Of a stretch of DNA of 64,000 nucleotides, positions 63,458 to 64,000 are shown piece after piece. The notes beneath the pieces were generated by a model. It did not search any database. It had not been told where the DNA came from and worked only from the letters and a program-made list of their open reading frames with translations. A program made the position numbers and the translations under genes. Positions within the stretch are counted from its first letter, which is position 1, and every line of letters starts with the position of its first letter. This DNA comes from Candidatus Enterousia sp. (lineage in GTDB: Bacteria > Pseudomonadota > Alphaproteobacteria > Rs-D84), in contig JAZSDC010000034.1 in the NCBI GenBank assembly GCA_045530935.1, forward strand, positions 875-64,874, written 5' to 3'.

Positions 63458-64000
63458 TTATAAGTTTAATAATTTTTCATATAGTTTAACAGTGTTGTGT
63501 CCCATTTTCTTTGCTGTATAGCATTCTTTATATCGGGCATACCCCAATATGCTTAACTTTGTTCTTAGTCCCTTGTCCTCAATAATGCGTATCATCTGTC
63601 TTGCGTAGTCCTCGGTGTCTAATTCTGCCTTGTCGTTGCTTTTTACAATCAGTGCAGCCTTGCCAAACATTTCTACCAAACCTGTTGCGTCGCTGCTTAT
63701 AATTGGCATGTCATAAGCCATTGCTTCGATTCCTGCAAAAGAACAAGCTTCTGACATCGATGCAAACAGGGCGCAATCCGCCATTTCATAGTATTTTGCA
63801 ATGTCTTCTGGTTTTTCCAGTAAACCAATCTTAGTAATTGGCAAATCTTCGATTTCTTTAAATATTTCATTCAATGGGTCGCATCCACCGATAACCATAA
63901 CCTCTATTTTATACTTTTGTGCGACAGTTTTGATTGCAGGTAAAATACGTTTTAGCCCCTTGTGTGGCGCCCATCCGTTCGAGAATATAAACCTAAACAC
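63458..64000 (-). CDS. Glycosyltransferase family 1, C-terminal part (its N-terminus lies beyond the window end)
   Basis: GT4/GT1 C-terminal pattern (E..G....EAMA...P...S...G..E). Confidence 0.7.
   Translation of the reverse strand: MFRFIFSNGWAPHKGLKRILPAIKTVAQKYKIEVMVIGGCDPLNEIFKEIEDLPITKIGLLEKPEDIAKYYEMADCALFASMSEACSFAGIEAMAYDMPIISSDATGLVEMFGKAALIVKSNDKAELDTEDYARQMIRIIEDKGLRTKLSILGYARYKECYTAKKMGHNTVKLYEKLLNL

Overview
This is an AT-rich bacterial chromosomal segment. The gene content and protein sequences look alphaproteobacterial, possibly an intracellular or symbiont-type lineage, but that placement is an inference. Most of the window is densely packed housekeeping genes. Those I recognise are rne, ackA, a dimeric-type glyRS, ligA, a class A PBP, tatD, tcdA, valS, groES-groEL, tilS, ftsH, bamD, murJ, an rlpA-like gene, a xerC/D-type recombinase, trpS, dcd, era, queA, tgt, rpsD, smpB, a cold-shock protein, lemA, lrgAB, a P-type ATPase, an MFS transporter, glycosyltransferases and outer-membrane beta-barrel proteins. 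There are two tRNAs, tRNA-Lys(UUU) and tRNA-Gly(GCC). An RNase P RNA (rnpB) lies on the minus strand in a region the ORF track fills with spurious short ORFs. The non-core material sits in four places. (1) At the 5' edge, a long cysteine-rich secreted protein runs off the window and is missed by the ORF track. (2) A pair made of a large coiled-coil protein and a small protein with a phage Mtd-like N-terminal domain. (3) A decayed prophage-like islet next to tRNA-Lys: a duplicated promoter/dual-hairpin leader, scrambled endolysin-type fragments and two Ner/Nlp-like small regulators. (4) An islet next to tRNA-Gly carrying three unknown ORFs, a glycosyltransferase, a class II aminoacyl-tRNA-synthetase C-terminal remnant and a 467-aa protein whose core resembles a RelA/SpoT-type nucleotidyltransferase (synthetase) fold. 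A recurrent C-run/A-rich-loop/G-run terminator hairpin marks many gene ends. I found no CRISPR array, rRNA, IS transposase or reverse transcriptase.
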